A stretch of DNA of 64,000 nucleotides, from IMG/VR virus record IMGVR_UViG_3300031707_000002; one strand, 5' to 3'. Positions 59,880 through 64,000 of the stretch are shown here, in pieces (position 1 is the first letter of the stretch; the number at the start of each line of letters is the position of its first letter). Source of the stretch: an uncultured virus (IMG/VR IMGVR_UViG_3300031707_000002). Taxonomy: Duplodnaviria; Heunggongvirae; Uroviricota; Caudoviricetes. The notes under the pieces were generated by a model. It saw only the letters and a program-made list of their open reading frames with translations, had not been told where the DNA came from and ran no database searches. The position numbers were made by a program, and so were the translations under genes.

Positions 59880-60167
59880 TTACTTCTCCACTCTTACGCT
59901 CAAGTTACCATTACACTTAGGACATTGAACCACAAACTCTCTTGTGTCTGGCTTATCAACATGATTGACGTTATAGATACCAAACTCGAAGACAAGAACA
60001 TTCAGGACAATCAAACGTGCGGATATATGAGGATTATGGTCACTTTTGTAAAGATCAATCTGAGATTCAAAGTTTACAAAATTGATCCCATCCTTAAACT
60101 TACGAATAACATAGAAAAACGCAAGCTCCCAAGCATAGTTCTTAGATATTTTCGTTCCTATGACCAC
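59880..60167 (-). CDS. Hypothetical protein with C-terminal CPKC
   Basis: 95-aa ORF. Confidence 0.5.
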   Translation of the reverse strand: MVIGTKISKNYAWELAFFYVIRKFKDGINFVNFESQIDLYKSDHNPHISARLIVLNVLVFEFGIYNVNHVDKPDTREFVVQCPKCNGNLSVRVEK

Positions 60168-60193
60168 CGTTCTTTCCTTCCTTATTCTTGTTC

Positions 60194-60385
60194 TTATCTC
60201 TTCATCAACGAATGGTCAAGGCAATATTTCTTCCTTCGTACAACACGAAATTCAGCGGTGCATCCTTCCCACTGACACCGCCTCATAGAAGTATATCGTC
60301 TTTTGCTCTGTATTTTAGTTTCTTCTATGTAATACTTATCTATGTACTGATGTCCTTTACTTACTATCTCATCAATCCTTGACAT
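60194..60385 (-). CDS. Small Cys-containing protein
   Basis: 'RCQWEGC...KYCLDH'; likely start at MSRIDE. Confidence 0.45.
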   Translation of the reverse strand: MSRIDEIVSKGHQYIDKYYIEETKIQSKRRYTSMRRCQWEGCTAEFRVVRRKKYCLDHSLMKR

Positions 60386-60655
60386 GACACACCACTTACT
60401 CAAACACCACAAGAAAGCATGTTACATAGCTTTGATCTTCTACTTTTCTCTCTGCTTCCAAACAAGCCTCGCAACGCATTATCCACCCGTTTATCTGAAT
60501 CAACTCGGTGTAAGATTTTTCTTCAAAAGGGAAAAGTCGGCACACAGAAACTGTCCAAAAGTCTTAGTCCCAAAAAATTTGCAAAACTTGTTAGGCTCAC
60601 TGACGTTAAAGCACCACAATTAAGATCAAACCGTACTTCTATCATAGAAATCCCC

Positions 60656-60976
60656 TTACTTTGATCCCACTCTCTGCTTTCCGCACATAGGACAGAATTT
60701 TACACCGTTATCTGTTGCTGTACCTTCAGAAAAACACCACTTATCCCCACACTCCGTATCATAAGAGTCTGTTGTAGAGTCGTATATCCAATGACAAGTC
60801 TTCTTTGGCTTCGCACACACCTCTCCTTCCACTATGATCTCACCTCTTGGACGAACTGGAGGTGGAGGAGGTGGAGGAGGTGGAGGAGGTGGAGGAGGTG
60901 GAGGAGGTGCCGGAACTTTCTTCATTCGCTCCAATTTCTCTGGTGACGGTAAGGATCGTGGCGCGTTTGTAGTCAT
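60656..60976 (-). CDS. Poly-proline plus zinc-ribbon protein
   Basis: Long P run encoded by CCT/CCA codons; C-terminal 'TECG...FCPMCGK'. Confidence 0.65.
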   Translation of the reverse strand: MTTNAPRSLPSPEKLERMKKVPAPPPPPPPPPPPPPPPPPVRPRGEIIVEGEVCAKPKKTCHWIYDSTTDSYDTECGDKWCFSEGTATDNGVKFCPMCGKQRVGSK

Positions 60977-61413
60977 TTCTCACCCACTACCTTCAACAAA
61001 TCATCCATTGTCTCTCTGTCAGCAACAACTACAAAAAGACGCAAAAGATGGTCTACAGCATCTTTAAGTTCTACCCACTTAGCTTTGAACTTAACATAAA
61101 ACTTCTCTGGTAACTCATACTCAGAATAGTTAATCTGCTTTTGCATATCAAAAATCTTTGTCTTAACAACAGCTTCAACATCAGAAACAAGTGAAGGTGA
61201 AACTACTAAACGAACTCTTCTATTCCAATACTCTACCGCTTCCTTCTCAGAGTAAACCAACCCACCACACGTAGCTCCACAATCACACTGCACTCGAAAA
61301 TCACCAAGATCGTCAAGCTCCTCGTACATCTCAGGAGTACCGCCACAAAAAGGACAAGGCAGTAACCCCTCTACTGGATGGTCTGTCTTAACACTCATTG
61401 AAACTCCTTCCAC
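60973..61413 (-). CDS. Lar-family restriction-alleviation-like protein
   Basis: 'LLPCPFCGG...VQCDCGA...EAVEYWNRR'. Confidence 0.7.
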   Translation of the reverse strand: MEGVSMSVKTDHPVEGLLPCPFCGGTPEMYEELDDLGDFRVQCDCGATCGGLVYSEKEAVEYWNRRVRLVVSPSLVSDVEAVVKTKIFDMQKQINYSEYELPEKFYVKFKAKWVELKDAVDHLLRLFVVVADRETMDDLLKVVGEK

Positions 61414-61556
61414 ACATAACCATGATTCTCTGTGTCAGGATCTACCTTCCACTTCTCATGTTCTAACCTACCATCATCCTGGTCTTCATTCTCTCTTATA
61501 TCAGGCTCTTTACCTGCCCCATGAAGAAAATTCTCGTCATCCTCGTACCCCATATA

Positions 61557-61799
61557 CTACGTTCTTTCTCTCTCAAAGGCACACAAGCAGTTTACATAAG
61601 ACACTGAGTTATATCCTTTAGAACGAAATATCGGCCAGAACTTCTTACCATCAAACTCTGTTATCTGTTTTATCTTCTTTGGTATGTGCAACTCCCCATA
61701 CTTTTCACCTTTTGGTATAGGAACACCATTCACCTCACACTGAGTATACCTCACCGCTTTCATGTGCAAATAGCGACGTTCAAACTCCTGCTTAGGCAT
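61557..61799 (-). CDS. Hypothetical protein
   Basis: 80-aa ORF. Confidence 0.5.
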   Translation of the reverse strand: MPKQEFERRYLHMKAVRYTQCEVNGVPIPKGEKYGELHIPKKIKQITEFDGKKFWPIFRSKGYNSVSYVNCLCAFERERT

Positions 61800-61940
61800 C
61801 TAACAGCATTCTCCTCCAACGCTCAAGTGCAGCTACGAATTCCTCTTTTTTATCTTTACCTCTTCCACAAGCAACATCTGTCCCGTTAATAAAAACCACT
61901 CCCCACGGGTCAACGTCAAATAATTCCATGACTCTCTTAA

Positions 61941-62159
61941 TCAACTTTTCGGGGTCTGTTGGCAATGCTTCAAAGTATGATTATCAAACATGTACCAATA
62001 ATTTCTTTTTAGAGGACTCTTAGCCTTGCTAACCTCACGAATGAAAAACTTTGCCTGCTCAAGACCTTTAATGAAAGAGTCCTGATCAATACCCTTTGGG
62101 GCCATATTAGCTTTACACCACTCAATTTCCTTATCTACAGCATCAAGATACTCCTGCAT
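61941..62159 (-). CDS. Hypothetical protein
   Basis: 72 aa, GGAGG RBS. Confidence 0.55.
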   Translation of the reverse strand: MQEYLDAVDKEIEWCKANMAPKGIDQDSFIKGLEQAKFFIREVSKAKSPLKRNYWYMFDNHTLKHCQQTPKS

Positions 62160-62178
62160 ATTCTTCCTCCATTATTTC

Positions 62179-62382
62179 TCAACCTATAGTGTCAAGCCGT
62201 GTTTTGGGCTTTAGCTGTTGTACGAAGTGGCGCAAATTCCGCAGTGTCCGCCACGCCTTATCCAACAGCGTGTACCAATGATAAACTATGAATGCACGCG
62301 GGAATCCTGACCAGAAATGCCACTTACCGCAATACGGATAGTTACAGAACGATTTACTTTCAATAATGAAACCTCTCCACAT
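62179..62382 (-). CDS. Cassette ORF (terminal unit, half-site only)
   Basis: 67 aa, reads through GTACAAC. Confidence 0.45.
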   Translation of the reverse strand: MWRGFIIESKSFCNYPYCGKWHFWSGFPRAFIVYHWYTLLDKAWRTLRNLRHFVQQLKPKTRLDTIG

Positions 62383-62432
62383 AAACTTCTACTTTCCGGC
62401 GCGGCCTATAAATTCAGGCTTTGCGCCATTTT

Positions 62433-62556
62433 GTACAACGTCTACGCAATGGGCGATAGTTTGCCCCTACAATTACACTGGCCTACCACGACCACATGTA
62501 TGCCATCGGTGTCCTCAAAATAATGAGGGCAAATTTCGGCCCTTGCGGTGTTGGGT
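62433..62556 (-). repeat. attC-like site F
   Basis: CCCAAC-ACCGCAA-GGGCCGAAATTTGCCC ... GGGCAAACTATCGCCC-ATTGCG-TAGAC-GTTGTAC. Confidence 0.8.
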
Positions 62557-62678
62557 GCCGGTTTGTCAACCACCACGCGGTTGGCCGCGCTCCAACCGAT
62601 CTCCGCACTCACCATATCTATCTGATAATCACCAGGCCCTTGCGTCTTCCACCACTCACGGAATGTCTTCGCGGCCAT
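62442..62678 (-). CDS. Cassette ORF
   Basis: GGAGG RBS, MAAKTFREWW...; ends inside site F. Confidence 0.65.
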   Translation of the reverse strand: MAAKTFREWWKTQGPGDYQIDMVSAEIGWSAANRVVVDKPAPNTARAEICPHYFEDTDGIHVVVVGQCNCRGKLSPIA

Positions 62679-62705
62679 ATCACCTCCAAAGTTGACAAAC
62701 TGGCA

Positions 62706-62831
62706 TCCCAACGTCTTGCGAAACGTGCGCCGTGCTACAGATTATAGTGGCACACCATACACGCTTCGCCGAGCGAATACCGCCCTGCACGCTCACCACA
62801 GTTCGGACATGGCGCACTTTTGCTGTTGGTT
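62706..62831 (-). repeat. attC-like site E
   Basis: ACCAAC-AGCAAAA-GTGCGCCATG ... CACGGCGCAC-GTTTCGC-AAGAC-GTTGGGA. Confidence 0.8.
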
Positions 62832-62950
62832 GTCTGTTGAGCGAGTACAGCGGTTTTCAGAGTTTGCCATGCTTCATCCGCAAGAACGACATTACCTACA
62901 TGTATAGCACAATTTTTCTCGATAGCATCAATAGCCTCGATTGGCGTCAT
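62735..62950 (-). CDS. Cassette ORF with C-terminal zinc ribbon
   Basis: AGGAG RBS; CPNC...CMVC is encoded within site E. Confidence 0.65.
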   Translation of the reverse strand: MTPIEAIDAIEKNCAIHVGNVVLADEAWQTLKTAVLAQQTTNSKSAPCPNCGERAGRYSLGEACMVCHYNL

Positions 62951-62986
62951 GGCATACTCCTATAATAAATTTTAGAGCGAAATTGC

Positions 62987-63046
62987 AAACAACGTTCCGG
63001 CAAATTGCCGAAGTGTGCATCACATTTTGGCATTTGCCTGTTGTGT
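62987..63046 (-). repeat. attC-like site D (60 bp)
   Basis: ACACAAC-AGGCAAA-TGCCAAAATGTG-ATG-CACACTTCGGCA-ATTTGCC-GGAAC-GTTGTTT. Confidence 0.85.
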
Positions 63047-63244
63047 GCTGTTTTTTGCGCCACCGCTGCTTTCAGAGGTTGGCGGGGATGGAACGAGCAT
63101 CCAATGCGTTATTTTGCAATTATACTCGCAATGGCCAGCAATAAAATCCTGTGCGTGAATAGTCTCGATACTGCCGTTGTCAAAATGAACTAATATCGGG
63201 CCATCGTAATCCGGGACAACACCTTCACCTTTTTTGTACCACAT
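63020..63244 (-). CDS. Cassette ORF, DUF551-like
   Basis: AGGAGG RBS, MWYKKGEGVVP...ITHWMLVPSPP; ends in the loop of site D. Confidence 0.7.
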   Translation of the reverse strand: MWYKKGEGVVPDYDGPILVHFDNGSIETIHAQDFIAGHCEYNCKITHWMLVPSPPTSESSGGAKNSTQQANAKM

Positions 63245-63281
63245 AGCCAACCTCCTATAATTTGAAAGCGCAAAAAATTGC

Positions 63282-63414
63282 ATACAACGTTTTGCTCTAT
63301 TGCGACGTGCGTGACAACCACTTGTCAACCTTATTACGGTAGCACTCCGAACAACGCGGAGATTTGGTCCGCACAAAAACGCACTCTCCGCATGGCGTAA
63401 TAGCGCTGTTGGGT
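63282..63414 (-). repeat. attC-like site C
   Basis: CCCAAC-AGCGCTATT-ACGCCATGCG ... CGCACGTCGC-AATAGAGC-AAAAC-GTTGTAT. Confidence 0.75.
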
Positions 63415-63554
63415 GCCGTGGAATGAGCATCCGCCAGATAGTGGCCACAGTCGCTGCACAAAGAATAGTTGCTGTCCCGAACTATGCATACATCTCGCTT
63501 AATGCAATCAAGTTTTTTGTGGCCACCTATAACCTCCAAGCGAATGAATGGCAT
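63297..63554 (-). CDS. Cassette ORF, Cys-rich (start uncertain)
   Basis: Several CxxC pairs; the RBS-linked GTG is one base out of frame across an A6 run. Confidence 0.5.
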   Translation of the reverse strand: MPFIRLEVIGGHKKLDCIKRDVCIVRDSNYSLCSDCGHYLADAHSTAPNSAITPCGECVFVRTKSPRCSECYRNKVDKWLSRTSQ

Positions 63555-63692
63555 CCCAACGATCCGCGCTACTGGTTCCGTTGCTCGATCTCACGCAGAA
63601 AATCACAAAACCTCATTTTTTGCGCATCAGACCGAGAAGAAGACAATGCCAGTTTGCGCACGAGAGCAATGGCATCTATAGCGCTGTTGGGT
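63554..63692 (-). repeat. attC-like site B
   Basis: CCCAAC-AGCGCTA-TAGATGCCATTGCTC ... GAGCAACGGAACC-AGTAGCGC-GGATC-GTTGGGA. Confidence 0.78.
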
Positions 63693-63793
63693 GCCGTTGT
63701 TGACAATTCCTCCGGTTTGGAGGCGCAGCGATCGCACGAACCTGCCGGTATGCCGTGCTGACACCACCCGTTGAGCAATACGCTATCATTCAT
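63569..63793 (-). CDS. Cassette ORF
   Basis: GAGGAGG RBS, MNDSVLLNGWCQHG...CDRC; ends in the right arm of site B. Confidence 0.65.
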   Translation of the reverse strand: MNDSVLLNGWCQHGIPAGSCDRCASKPEELSTTAPNSAIDAIALVRKLALSSSRSDAQKMRFCDFLREIEQRNQ

Positions 63794-63832
63794 TTTGCGC
63801 CTCCTCGGCATATCGACTTGTCAACTATGGCA

Positions 63833-63960
63833 TCCCAACGTCCGAGCAATGTACGCAGTGCTACTGCTTGTGACAAATCGGAACTCCGGTACAGCAACAA
63901 CTTTTGATAGGATACTTGCAGCTCGCATACAGAGAGCATTGCGTACTTGCTTTGTTGGTG
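63833..63960 (-). repeat. attC-like site A
   Basis: ACCAAC-AAAGCAA-GTACGCAATGC ... GCACTGCGTAC-ATTGCT-CGGAC-GTTGGGA. Confidence 0.8.
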
Positions 63961-64000
63961 GATGTAAATCTTTCCACCATAGCGTTCTGTGCGGCATTCC

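Larger units (their letters stand above)
62179..64000 (-). mobile_element. Integron-like gene cassette array (six attC-like sites plus one half-site; runs off the window edge)
   Basis: AAC...GTT-bounded imperfect hairpins spaced 272-295 bp apart, one short ORF per unit; composition differs from the flanking genome. Confidence 0.8.

Noticed and set aside
60857..60908. GGA/GGT microsatellite as a regulatory element
   Set aside because: Explained as an in-frame poly-proline tract.
62179..64000. CRISPR array or simple terminator series as explanation for the repeats
   Set aside because: Units are ~280 bp and contain ORFs, the repeats are not identical, and the hairpins mostly lack U-tracts and overlap coding sequence.
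1..64000. Stop-codon reassignment (prompted by open frames after TAA 38306 and TAG 36982)
   Set aside because: Core genes are intact in the standard code and end with TAG (capsid), TAA (protease) and TGA (VWA protein).

Overview
A 64-kb segment of a large tailed dsDNA virus with a T4-like head module. Essentially all genuine genes lie on the minus strand. In transcription order (right to left) it contains: (1) an array of about 280-bp single-ORF units separated by attC-like hairpins, with no integrase in the window; (2) small accessory genes, a structured RNA, glycosyl/acyl-modifying enzymes and two tRNA-Leu genes; (3) terminase large subunit and portal, each with an intein; (4) prohead core-like genes and a run of small proteins sharing an LLxx(M/I)YE peptide, interrupted by a solo tnpB; (5) an ATP-grasp/peptidase pair, glyco-enzymes and large repetitive or lectin-domain virion proteins; (6) an intein-bearing double AAA+ ATPase and a metallopeptidase-VWA protein; (7) prohead protease-scaffold, major capsid protein and neck proteins. 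Two observations stand out. The first is an integron-like cassette array whose unit ends pair best with their own partner end, as expected for units that circularise and shuffle. The second is a candidate capsid-targeting/cleavage signal shared by about 20 proteins. All calls come from reading motifs by eye; no database searches were run.
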